A stretch of 64,000 nt of DNA, from IMG/VR virus record IMGVR_UViG_3300042542_003631, positions 5,221-69,220 of that record. One strand, given 5' to 3'. Each line of letters starts with the position of its first letter. Within the stretch, counting starts at the first letter, position 1. Positions 27,580 to 35,963 of the stretch are shown here, piece by piece. The notes beneath the pieces are model-generated. The model was not told where the DNA came from. It worked only from the letters and a program-made list of their open reading frames with translations, and did not search any database. The stretch comes from a virus. Made by a program: the position numbers and the translations under genes.

Positions 27580-27834
27580 ATGAAGTCATCCTTCCACAAC
27601 CCTCGCAGATACCGCCGCAGGCCCGGCACCTACACCCAGGGCAGCGTCGACCCCCACGTTCCGCACGAGATCATTGTGCATCTTGACGACACTGACGAGC
27701 GTCGCATTACCCTCGGCACCACCGAGGTCCGCCGCGTCCTCTGCCGCAATGGCGGCTACCACATCACCATGACGAAGGACCCTCGCCTCGTCACATGCCC
27801 CGTCTGCCTCGCCAAACTCCTCCCCGCCAAGTAA
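27580..27834 (+). CDS. Small Cys/His protein
   Basis: H...LC...VTCPVC. Confidence 0.6.
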   Translation: MKSSFHNPRRYRRRPGTYTQGSVDPHVPHEIIVHLDDTDERRITLGTTEVRRVLCRNGGYHITMTKDPRLVTCPVCLAKLLPAK

Positions 27835-27856
27835 TCCCACACCCCACAACATACCC

Positions 27857-28294
27857 ATGAAAACACAGACCGAAATCGTAATCGAAACCATCCAGTTCTA
27901 CCTCGCCGACCCAGATAACAGGAGGTCCGTCTCTGAACAAGGGTGCCACTACGTCATACCGGGAGAGCCCAGCCGCCACTGCGCCGTCGGACGCTGCATG
28001 ACGCCAGATGCGCTGCGCCGCCACGGCCATATTTTGGGCAATGTCCACGGCCTTGTCAGGGACGCTGGCGCTCGTCACCTCGACGACCTCCTGCAAGCTG
28101 AGTATCGTGGGCACCCCGTCACGTTCTGGCAGGACCTCCAGGTCCTCCACGACTACCTCGGGGCCTGGACTGGCGGTGAAAACGCGGCCCGAACCCGGGG
28201 CATCTTTGTCAGGGACCGCCTCCCCGATGCCCTCGCCCCCTGCATCGCACTCGGCCTCGTCGCCGACCCGGCCGCCACCGTGTCCTCCAAGTAA
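27857..28294 (+). CDS. Hypothetical protein, tandem paralog A
   Basis: CHY...CAVG...LQxLHD. Confidence 0.75.
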   Translation: MKTQTEIVIETIQFYLADPDNRRSVSEQGCHYVIPGEPSRHCAVGRCMTPDALRRHGHILGNVHGLVRDAGARHLDDLLQAEYRGHPVTFWQDLQVLHDYLGAWTGGENAARTRGIFVRDRLPDALAPCIALGLVADPAATVSSK

Positions 28295-28317
28295 CCTTCA
28301 CACCCCACACACAGCAC

Positions 28318-28743
28318 ATGAAAACCGAAGCCGAAATCGTAATCGAAACCCTCCAGTTCTACCTCGCCGACCCCGCTGCCCGGAGGGCTAAGAGTTGGGA
28401 CGGACCTTCCTGCCACTACGCCATGCCGGGAGAGCCCAGCCGCCGCTGCGCCGTCGGACGCTGCATGACCGAGGAAGCCGTCAAGGAGGTCGGCAGCTAC
28501 ATGGGCGAAGTCGGGTTCCTGGTCGATGACCACGGAGCCCTCGACCGAATGCTCCGCGAGGAATACCGTGGGCTCTCGGAAGACTTCTGGAGACAACTCC
28601 AAACCCTTCACGACGAGGACTGCTACTGGACTGCTGACGATGCCGCAGTCCGCCGGGGGAAACTGGTGGGAATCTACTTCCCCGACGCCCTCGACCCCTG
28701 CATTGCGCTCGGCCTCGTCGCCGACCCCGACATCGCCGAATAA
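28318..28743 (+). CDS. Hypothetical protein, tandem paralog B
   Basis: Near-identical N- and C-termini to 27857-28294. Confidence 0.75.
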   Translation: MKTEAEIVIETLQFYLADPAARRAKSWDGPSCHYAMPGEPSRRCAVGRCMTEEAVKEVGSYMGEVGFLVDDHGALDRMLREEYRGLSEDFWRQLQTLHDEDCYWTADDAAVRRGKLVGIYFPDALDPCIALGLVADPDIAE

Positions 28744-28780
28744 TCCCTCACCCCCAACGACAACGACAACACACATACCC

Positions 28781-29674
28781 ATGAAAACCAAACTGCACTC
28801 CTACTCCTTCAACACGGGCAACATCCCCGACCACCAAGCCTACAACCTGCTGCGCCTCACCATGGCGGAGCAGTCCCGCCGCGACCCGATCGTTTTCCTC
28901 GAAGGCGGACCTACCAGCGGCAGCGGGTTCGAGCACCTCGTGCTGCTCGGGTCCCCCACCCACAACCACTCGATCTATGAGGTGGAGCTCGACCCGAAGC
29001 ACCTGTTCAATGACCAGTGGAACACTGTCGAGCGCGGCGACCACAGCGGCTACCGCGTGTTCGATTGGGTGGAATACATCAGCCCCCACAGCCGCAACAT
29101 CAAGCGCGGTCACTGGCTTGAGGTCACTGACGAGATGGCCGACGCCCGCCAGCGGACATTCGCCTGCGGCTACTGCAGCGCCCTGTATGGCACGGTCCAC
29201 CCTGACCACCTGACCGCGCCCCGTCACGACATCGGGCGCAAGTTCTGCAAGAAGTGCCTCGGCTCCAGCTACCTCAAGGAGGATGACCTCCCGCTGCTCC
29301 GCTTGTGGGCCGTCAATGTCAAGGCCAGCCGCATGCGGGAAGGTTTGACGGCGGAGGAACGCGAGTGGCTCATGCCCCGCTACCTCGCAGCGCAGACGGA
29401 GGCCAAGGCGGAGGCTGACGTCGCTGCCCTCGCCGCCTGCCTGAAACGTGCCGAGGACGCGCACGCCCTCGCCACCATGGAGTATGAGGGCATGAAGCTG
29501 CTGATCGAGAGCGGCATCAACACCGACAACGTGATCTTCCACAGCCACAGGCCCGAGTTCAAGTTCGGCTGGCGCTCCCCGCTCTCGCCCAGCGTGGCTG
29601 ACGCAATGCGCGAGCGGCTCACGGCGATCGGCTTCATCCCCAAGTTCCCCGTCAACCTCCACACCGGAGCATGA
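28781..29674 (+). CDS. Hypothetical protein with zinc ribbon
   Basis: CGYC...CKKC. Confidence 0.7.
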   Translation: MKTKLHSYSFNTGNIPDHQAYNLLRLTMAEQSRRDPIVFLEGGPTSGSGFEHLVLLGSPTHNHSIYEVELDPKHLFNDQWNTVERGDHSGYRVFDWVEYISPHSRNIKRGHWLEVTDEMADARQRTFACGYCSALYGTVHPDHLTAPRHDIGRKFCKKCLGSSYLKEDDLPLLRLWAVNVKASRMREGLTAEEREWLMPRYLAAQTEAKAEADVAALAACLKRAEDAHALATMEYEGMKLLIESGINTDNVIFHSHRPEFKFGWRSPLSPSVADAMRERLTAIGFIPKFPVNLHTGA

Positions 29675-29762
29675 CCAACCCCGCTGCGACCTTTGGAACC
29701 TGAGGTTCTAAGGGTCGCGGCCCACCTAACCAACAACACCGCAACACCCGCCCCACCACACC

Positions 29763-30395
29763 ATGAGCAAACCCGTTGAAGTTAAACTCGGCCCCGCCGT
29801 CTTCCAATCCTTGAAGGAGATCCTGTTCAAGCAGGGCGAGAGCCATCCACACGACGCGCTATTCGACATCCTCCACGAGGAAGCCTGCGACGCCGTCGAC
29901 ATCGAGCTCACCGCCGCAGAGTATGACTACAATGAACTTGACGACGACCAGCGCCATGAGTTGATCGACGCCTACAAGGCCGGCTTCTGGGAACCCACTC
30001 ACAAGGACGAGAGGCGTGAGCTCAAGGAGCAGGTCGCCGACCTCTACAACGCACTGGCTGACAAGACGGCCTCCGCACCCTGCACCCCTGACCCCCGGTT
30101 CCCCGGCATGTTCGTGCCCCGCGTCCCCACGCTGAGCCTCAACCACCTGCCGCTCAAGGATGCCGCCCGGTTGTGCGACCCGGCAGACCTCGCCCACCCG
30201 GCGGTGATCGGGGCCTCCTCTGACGGAGCCATCCTCCACATCGGGGACCTCAGCGACGACATCGAGAACGAGTTCGCCGGGTTCAGCGAGGCATTCCGCA
30301 ACATCGTGCTCCGCCTCACTGAGGCAGGCTACAACTACGTTCGATTTGACGCGACGCATGAGACGGTCGAATCCTTCCCCACCTTCGACTGGTGA
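29763..30395 (+). CDS. Hypothetical acidic protein
   Basis: 210 aa, C-terminal YVRFD...FDW. Confidence 0.65.
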   Translation: MSKPVEVKLGPAVFQSLKEILFKQGESHPHDALFDILHEEACDAVDIELTAAEYDYNELDDDQRHELIDAYKAGFWEPTHKDERRELKEQVADLYNALADKTASAPCTPDPRFPGMFVPRVPTLSLNHLPLKDAARLCDPADLAHPAVIGASSDGAILHIGDLSDDIENEFAGFSEAFRNIVLRLTEAGYNYVRFDATHETVESFPTFDW

Positions 30396-30421
30396 TAACC
30401 AGCGACAACCCAGCAACCCAC

Positions 30422-30613
30422 ATGATACTACGCAAACCACAGATCATCGAGCTCATGGACAAGCTCGACCACAAGGCCACCAACGCCGAGACCGAAGCCA
30501 TCGCCAAGCGCCGAGCCGCGCTGCCCCACCTGCGCGAGCAGGGCGAGGCCGCAGCCAGGCGTGCCCGTGAGCTCCGCGACAACATCCGTCAACTCGCAGC
30601 CCTCATCCACTGA
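30422..30613 (+). CDS. Hypothetical coiled-coil protein
   Basis: 63-aa ORF. Confidence 0.5.
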   Translation: MILRKPQIIELMDKLDHKATNAETEAIAKRRAALPHLREQGEAAARRARELRDNIRQLAALIH

Positions 30614-30617
30614 AACC

Positions 30618-30824
30618 ATGAACACCATCACCACCCCCGACAAGACAGGTAGACGCGGCGGCCGCCGCGAGCTTCCCGCCGAAGTCCGAGCCGCCAGGGT
30701 CCGCCGCGTGCGGGCCATCCTGGACCTCGGCTACAGCCACGACATCGCGCACAGGCGGACCAGGACCACGATCGCCACCGCCCGCAAGTGGGCGGCTGAG
30801 CTCGGCATCAAGTTCAACTACTGA
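30618..30824 (+). CDS. Small HTH-like DNA-binding protein
   Basis: LGYSHDIAHRRTRTTIATARKW resembles an HTH. Confidence 0.5.
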   Translation: MNTITTPDKTGRRGGRRELPAEVRAARVRRVRAILDLGYSHDIAHRRTRTTIATARKWAAELGIKFNY

Positions 30825-30831
30825 CGCACCC

Positions 30832-30987
30832 ATGAAACTCCTGCTCCGAACCATCTGCCTGCGCACCCGCTACTGGTGGCACAGGCTCGTCACCATCTTC
30901 GACTGGTGCCCGAAATGCTGGGCCACCCTGAACTACACCCGCAGCCACAAACTATGCCCAAGATGCAACTTCCGAACCCTACGATAA
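30832..30987 (+). CDS. 51-aa zinc-ribbon peptide
   Basis: Hand-translated: CPKC...CPRC. Confidence 0.5.
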   Translation: MKLLLRTICLRTRYWWHRLVTIFDWCPKCWATLNYTRSHKLCPRCNFRTLR

Positions 30988-31487
30988 TCCGCCACGACAA
31001 ACCCGCCCTCCCCCGTGACTGGTCAACCTTGCCCGGCGCTGAGGGCCTCGTCTTCCAAGGCGATGTCGCCGTCTCCAAGAGGTCCTCGCTCCGCGCCAAG
31101 GTCCTCCTGTTCCGCGACCACGAGAGCATGCGCCGCTTCTGGAGCAAGGCCCTCGGGCGCCCAGCCCTCAGCCATGACACCCTCGCCGTCAGCAATCCGC
31201 TGACCGTCAAGGTCCACTTCTGCAAGGTCAAGGGCAAGCCCCAGCGCCCGCCCGAGTTGCGCGTTGACCCCCGCTACTTCTGCGCCCTCGGGTTTGCGCA
31301 GGGTGCGCTGACGCCGGAGTTCATCATCCACGAGTCCGTCCACGCCGGGTTCGCCTACAGCCGCCGCGTCGGGGGCAAGCACGACTGGGTTGACGACTGC
31401 GAGGAGGAGCGCGTCTGCTACCCCGCCGGCCGCATCGCTGACGGAATCATCCGCATGTTCAGCAAGGGAGGGTTCTTCGGTGGCTAA
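30954..31487 (+). CDS. HExxH zincin-like protein
   Basis: IIHESVHAG...EEE. Confidence 0.55.
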   Translation: MPKMQLPNPTIIRHDKPALPRDWSTLPGAEGLVFQGDVAVSKRSSLRAKVLLFRDHESMRRFWSKALGRPALSHDTLAVSNPLTVKVHFCKVKGKPQRPPELRVDPRYFCALGFAQGALTPEFIIHESVHAGFAYSRRVGGKHDWVDDCEEERVCYPAGRIADGIIRMFSKGGFFGG

Positions 31488-31854
31488 CTTCTCACCCGGC
31501 TCCCGCGTGTTCCTCGCCGACGGGCCTGTCACCCCCGGCGTGGTGCTCCCACCGGGCGAGGAGATTGGCCTGCACAACAGGCTCGTGCTGCTGGATGGTG
31601 AGACCGAGCCCGTCATCCTCCGCCCGAGCCAACTGACCCCTGCAACCCTGATCCCCGGCCGCCGCGTGTTTCGCCACACCGGCGGCCCTCACCGATTCGG
31701 CGTCATCCCCACGCCGGGCGAGATACCCAAGACCATGAGGAAGGCCCGCATGGCTGCGGAGGAGGAGTCGATCGTGGTCCGGTGGGACAACGGCGAGTTC
31801 GACGTAGTTGTAAAAGACCACTTGACTCCGGTGATCTACGAGCTAAGGCCGTGA
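31480..31854 (+). CDS. Hypothetical protein (two SH3/Tudor-like halves)
   Basis: Internal repeat PGxRVF...GV; GTG start. Confidence 0.5.
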   Translation: MANFSPGSRVFLADGPVTPGVVLPPGEEIGLHNRLVLLDGETEPVILRPSQLTPATLIPGRRVFRHTGGPHRFGVIPTPGEIPKTMRKARMAAEEESIVVRWDNGEFDVVVKDHLTPVIYELRP

Positions 31855-31864
31855 GCTCTGTCTG

Positions 31865-32083
31865 ATGAAGACACCTCACCACACACTCCACCGCATCTAC
31901 CCCCATGGGTGGATGTGGCACGTCTGGAAACACCACAAGACCGGGGAGCTTCGTTCCCAGCACCGCCCATTCGGCGCTGCTCCGTTGTCCCCCGGCAGCC
32001 AGTGGAACCTAGTCCGATCCACACCAAACAACCCAAAAATATGTCGAAGAAAATTTGCCGACGAACTATTCGCCGGACTGTGA
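31865..32083 (+). CDS. Hypothetical protein
   Basis: 72-aa ORF. Confidence 0.45.
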   Translation: MKTPHHTLHRIYPHGWMWHVWKHHKTGELRSQHRPFGAAPLSPGSQWNLVRSTPNNPKICRRKFADELFAGL

Positions 32084-32415
32084 AGCCCCACGCCCCCGCC
32101 TACACCCGCAAGGAAATCGCCAGGCTCCGAGAGCTCGGCATGAAGTATCCTATGAGCAAGTGGTCGAAGGTGCTCGACGTCAGCCACATCACGCCCCGTG
32201 CCTACTGTGTAGCCAAGCCCGCCGCCTGCATGGCGGTGTTCGCCATCCCGCCCTCCGACAACGAGCCGCAGGTGGGCAGCGATGCCTTCACCACCGTGCA
32301 TGGCAGCTCGGCGAGCAGCGTCAAGCTCGGCGATTGGTGCGCCCTCGCCTACCTCAGCACCTCCACTTGCGGGGAACCCGTGGTCCTCGAAACCCTCACC
32401 CCTCCTGCACGATGA
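32041..32415 (+). CDS. Hypothetical protein
   Basis: Stop overlaps the uvsE start (ATGA). Confidence 0.45.
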   Translation: MSKKICRRTIRRTVKPHAPAYTRKEIARLRELGMKYPMSKWSKVLDVSHITPRAYCVAKPAACMAVFAIPPSDNEPQVGSDAFTTVHGSSASSVKLGDWCALAYLSTSTCGEPVVLETLTPPAR

Positions 32416-33518
32416 AAACTAAACCCGACGACCGCCTTCGCTTGTCCCTCGTCTGCATGAGCGAGGAAGCGTTCGCGAAGCACGGCCGCTACCGAACCAT
32501 GACCTTGTCGCAGGCTCGCAAGGTCCTCGACCTGGACGGCGAAGAACGCTTCCGCTCGCGGCTCGCCGCGATCATTTACCACAACCTCAACGTGACCTAC
32601 CACATGGTCCACCACTGCGCGGACCAGGGCATCCAAGGGCTGCGCATCAGCGCCGACATCTTTCCCCTGATGAGCAGCGACATCATAGGCGGGGGAACAT
32701 TGACGGCCGCCTTCCACCCTTATGAGGCTGAGCAGATCAAGCTGGCCTGTTACGCGATTGGCCAGGCGGCGCGGCTGCGGGGGGTCCGCCTCTCCTTCCA
32801 CGGGTCGCACTACATCAGCCTGACATCCGGGGACCCCGTCAAGGTCAGGAACAGCATCAAGGATCTCAGCATCCTGGCGCAGTTCCTTGACCTGGCTGAC
32901 ATGCCAGCCTCTCCCGAGGCTCCGATCAACATCCACATCCGCGGGGAGAGGCGCTCGCCCGAGGACATCGCCTCCGCTTTCTGTGCCCGCTGGGGGTGGC
33001 TCCCGCTCGGTGTCCAGCGCCGGCTCGTGGTGGAGCAGAACGACAACCCAGACGGGGCGTGGAACCTGGAGCGGCTCATCAGGAGGATCCACGAACCGCT
33101 GGGGATTCCCTTGACGTTCGACACCCTCCACCAGCAGCGCCTCCCCGGCACACTGACCGAACGCGAAGCGTTCTGCCTCGCGTGGGAGACATGGCCCTGC
33201 GAGCCCCTGTTCCACTACAGTGACGGGCGTGCGGTGGGGGGCGTCTCACTCCCGTCCTCCTCCCACCGCGACCTGCCCGTGCGCCTGCCCCCTGACTACG
33301 GCCTGCCCGTGATGTGGGACGTGGAGTTCAAGGCCAAGAAGGAGGCGGTTGACTGCCTGCGCAGCATGGAAAAGATTCACCGCGTGTGGGCCTCCGACAG
33401 CTACGAGCCGCCTCGTTACTGGGGAGTCCCCGACTTGTCCCGCGCCCCATTCCCCGACGGCCTGGGTGGCACGATCACGACCGTAAAATTTCCTCACATC
33501 TCGCTTGACGGGAGGTGA
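32412..33518 (+). CDS. uvsE: UV-damage endonuclease (UvsE/UVDE)
   Basis: RISADIFP, RLSFH, NIH, VEQND, FDTLH, FHYSD, HxD, VEFKAK. Confidence 0.85.
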   Translation: MKTKPDDRLRLSLVCMSEEAFAKHGRYRTMTLSQARKVLDLDGEERFRSRLAAIIYHNLNVTYHMVHHCADQGIQGLRISADIFPLMSSDIIGGGTLTAAFHPYEAEQIKLACYAIGQAARLRGVRLSFHGSHYISLTSGDPVKVRNSIKDLSILAQFLDLADMPASPEAPINIHIRGERRSPEDIASAFCARWGWLPLGVQRRLVVEQNDNPDGAWNLERLIRRIHEPLGIPLTFDTLHQQRLPGTLTEREAFCLAWETWPCEPLFHYSDGRAVGGVSLPSSSHRDLPVRLPPDYGLPVMWDVEFKAKKEAVDCLRSMEKIHRVWASDSYEPPRYWGVPDLSRAPFPDGLGGTITTVKFPHISLDGR

Positions 33519-33544
33519 GGCAGGTTAGATAAGCCCACATACCC

Positions 33545-33619
33545 GGCAGGGTAGCTCAGAGGCAGAGCGCCGGGCTCATAACCCGGAGGCCGAATGTTCG
33601 ACCCATTCCCCTGCCACCA
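33545..33619 (+). tRNA. tRNA-Met (CAT), elongator-type, with encoded CCA
   Basis: Cloverleaf: GGCAGGG/CCCTGCC acceptor, GCTC/GAGC D-stem, CCGGG-CTCATAA-CCCGG, GAATG-TTCGACC-CATTC. Confidence 0.93.
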
Positions 33620-33640
33620 AACTCAACAACAGCACCACCT

Positions 33641-33823
33641 ATGATAAACAGAGAAACCGTAGCCGAAGCACTCTACACCGCATACTGCGCTGCTGTCGGA
33701 GGTGTCGCGTTCAATGGCGACCCTCTCCCCGACTGGAAAACATTTTCCAACGACCCCGAGAAAGTGAAGCAGGCCCGGGCGTGGCTCGCCGCCGCTGACC
33801 GTGCGATGGACCTCCTCGTGTAG
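33641..33823 (+). CDS. Hypothetical protein
   Basis: 60 aa, YCAAVGGVAFNGDPLPDW. Confidence 0.65.
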   Translation: MINRETVAEALYTAYCAAVGGVAFNGDPLPDWKTFSNDPEKVKQARAWLAAADRAMDLLV

Positions 33824-34028
33824 CCCCCTCCGCCAACAACACACAATGCCCGACCAATCCATGCAGTATCACGTCCGGTGGCAGCAGCACCCTCTCGACG
33901 CGATTATGACTCTCCTTGACGGAGTCAACCACCTCCTCTCAAAGTCACTGGCTCCCCTCACATTCGCCGTCAGTGCCAGCGAGAACCTCATCACGATCAC
34001 CCTCCAACCCACAACCCCGCCCACCCCC

Positions 34029-34313
34029 ATGCCCATCATCGAAGTCCCCAAAGCCAGCATCGACCACGAGATCGAAGTCAACAAGTCCCTCCGCCGTGAC
34101 ATTGACGCCCGCATTCAGGAGCTCAAGTCCGCCACCCCCAGCCGTGAGCGCAGCCTCGCGATCACCAAATTGCAGGAGGCGGTGATGTGGCTCGGCATGG
34201 ACCTCAAGCGCATCGGCGAGGAGAACCCTGGCTACATCGCCAACCCCTACCCGAACTCCAAGGACCCAGGCAACACGGTCATCGACCGCACCGCTGACGG
34301 CTTGAAGCTCTGA
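34029..34313 (+). CDS. Acb2/Tad1-like hairpin protein (possible in-frame extension from 33846)
   Basis: SRERSLAITKLQEAVMWL motif. Confidence 0.65.
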   Translation: MPIIEVPKASIDHEIEVNKSLRRDIDARIQELKSATPSRERSLAITKLQEAVMWLGMDLKRIGEENPGYIANPYPNSKDPGNTVIDRTADGLKL

Positions 34314-34469
34314 CCCCTTTGGGCGGCGCGGAGTCGTGCCCCCTGGGCTACTGGTATAGTGTGCAATGACGCCCACTTTAACCCGACGGTCCAGCCACAC
34401 CGGAGTCGTTCATGCTCCCTTGTGGGCCGCCCACCCACTCACCCCATACACAGCAACCCAGCAACCCAG

Positions 34470-34658
34470 ATGGATAACGGACCCTACACCGAACTCGAAC
34501 GCACCGCGATCAACCACATCGCCAAGATGTGCGCGTCAACCTTCAAAGCCGCCGCTGCCTACCTCGCGCTGATGCGTGCGATCAAGCTCCGCATCGAGCT
34601 CGAAGGCTACACTCCCCCCGCCAAAGAGAAAACCAAACCCGAACCCAAAAAGAACTAA
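34470..34658 (+). CDS. Hypothetical protein
   Basis: 62 aa after a CAGCAACCC leader. Confidence 0.5.
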   Translation: MDNGPYTELERTAINHIAKMCASTFKAAAAYLALMRAIKLRIELEGYTPPAKEKTKPEPKKN

Positions 34659-34663
34659 CCACC

Positions 34664-34981
34664 ATGTTCCCACCAAAGAACCAGCTATCCACCCACGTCT
34701 CCGAGAACCTTGCCTGTGAGCCTACCGGGCACCACTCGCTCGCGCAGGCGCTCAACCACCTCACCAAACTCACCGAGGATCTGAGCGACAGCCTCCACCG
34801 GGCGATCAATGTGGCCCGCCCACACCTGGTCATGGACCCCCGAGACGTTGACAAGGCGTCTGTGGGGTCGGAGCCTACTCCGCTGGCATCCCCGTTCTGC
34901 CATGAGATTCGCTCCGTCAACACCCGCCTTGAGTGCCTCCTCGAACTCCTCACCCGCTTCGGCAGCAACTTCGACACCTGA
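34664..34981 (+). CDS. Hypothetical protein
   Basis: 105-aa helical ORF. Confidence 0.55.
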   Translation: MFPPKNQLSTHVSENLACEPTGHHSLAQALNHLTKLTEDLSDSLHRAINVARPHLVMDPRDVDKASVGSEPTPLASPFCHEIRSVNTRLECLLELLTRFGSNFDT

Positions 34982-35008
34982 GCATCAACCCCTCAACCCC
35001 TACCCCCT

Positions 35009-35227
35009 ATGAAAATCAAAACCCGTAAATCCGGCCACTACTGGACCCGAGCCCGCCTCGCCGCCGCAGCCCTTGCCAAGATGGCTGCCGGGGAGGGCGT
35101 CGCCGCAACTTCGCTCTGGTCACGGGTCGAAGTTCGCGACCAGCGCCCGGTCTACAACCAGCGCCAGCGCCGCAAGCAGCGCCGTCAACTCTTCGCCGCC
35201 GGCGACCGCTTCGCCTTCGCCCGATGA
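35009..35227 (+). CDS. Hypothetical basic protein
   Basis: 72 aa, Arg-rich. Confidence 0.55.
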   Translation: MKIKTRKSGHYWTRARLAAAALAKMAAGEGVAATSLWSRVEVRDQRPVYNQRQRRKQRRQLFAAGDRFAFAR

Positions 35228-35460
35228 ACATGTGCAACGACGGGCACGATGAGGTCGCATACGAGGGCCGTCACTGCCCCGTGTGCGATCTGATCCGCTC
35301 CCACCGAGAGGAGGTCGAGGTGTTGCTGGACAAAGTTGACTCGCTCAGGTCGGACGTTGAAACTCTGGAACAGAGTGTCATCGACCTCACCGCCGAATCA
35401 ACCGAACTCCGCAGCCAGATCCACGACCTCGAAAGCCTCATCAAGTTCACGCCCCTATGA
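35224..35460 (+). CDS. Small zinc-binding/coiled-coil protein
   Basis: C..GH......CPVC followed by heptads. Confidence 0.6.
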   Translation: MNMCNDGHDEVAYEGRHCPVCDLIRSHREEVEVLLDKVDSLRSDVETLEQSVIDLTAESTELRSQIHDLESLIKFTPL

Positions 35461-35728
35461 CCGCCGCCATCGTCATCTTCCTCGTCATCGCCTCCCTGAT
35501 TTTCATCGACGCCCACCTCAACCCATGAAACGCACGACCTTCACCATCTGGCGGCAGACCCCTCACCTGCTCGGCCCGTTGGGCACCGAGCCGTGGGCCA
35601 AGGTGCAGGCCCGCCTCTTTGCACGAGGGGCGCATGCGCACTTCTACCACGTCATCAAATCTCGCCAACCACGGCAGACCTCGCTGGCAGGCAGCCAGCA
35701 ACCAACACCCCAAAACACCACACCCACC

Positions 35729-35851
35729 ATGGCCAAGAAAGCCACCCCCGCCCCCGCCAAGAAGGCCGCCGTCAAGGCCGCCGCCCCCGCCAAGAAGGCC
35801 GCCGCCTCCAAGGCTCCTCCCTACGCCAAGAAGGGCGGCATGATGAAGTAA
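35729..35851 (+). CDS. 40-aa histone H1-like Lys/Ala peptide (frame open from 35525)
   Basis: MAKKATPAPAKKAAVKAAAPAKKAA; followed by a terminator. Confidence 0.6.
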   Translation: MAKKATPAPAKKAAVKAAAPAKKAAASKAPPYAKKGGMMK

Positions 35852-35876
35852 TCCCCAGCGGACTACGCCATCAACC

Positions 35877-35913
35877 ATCCCCGGTTGCCTCACCGCAGCC
35901 GGGGATTTTTTTT
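35877..35913 (+). terminator. Intrinsic terminator
   Basis: atccccggttgc-ctcacc-gcagccggggat followed by a T run. Confidence 0.9.
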
Positions 35914-35963
35914 GTGCCCGCGCCAACCCTTGACGCCCCGCAGCCCTGCCGCGATGTTGGAGA

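Larger units (their letters stand above)
18854..29712. repeat. Dispersed ~21-bp palindrome CTTRGAAMM-NNN-KKTTCYAAG, 12 copies
   Basis: Copies start at 18854, 18965, 19655, 19985, 20328, 20643, 20929, 21888, 22988, 24679, 26628, 29692; all intergenic. Confidence 0.95.

Noticed and set aside
18854-29712. Palindrome series as a CRISPR array
   Set aside because: Spacing is 111 to 3064 bp and the intervals contain genes; no cas operon is present
18854-29712. Canonical integron attC sites or LexA boxes
   Set aside because: No RYYYAAC/GTTRRRY ends and too short for attC. The GAAC-GTTC spacing is N5 in most copies (N4 only at 19655) and two copies lack GAAC.
33505-33533. Sigma-70 promoter before the tRNA (TTGACG)
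   Set aside because: No good -10 element at 16-18 bp spacing
33545-33619. Initiator tRNA or Ile2 identity
   Set aside because: The G1-C72 pair and GCTC D-stem indicate an elongator; it lacks the C-G pairs typical of TilS substrates
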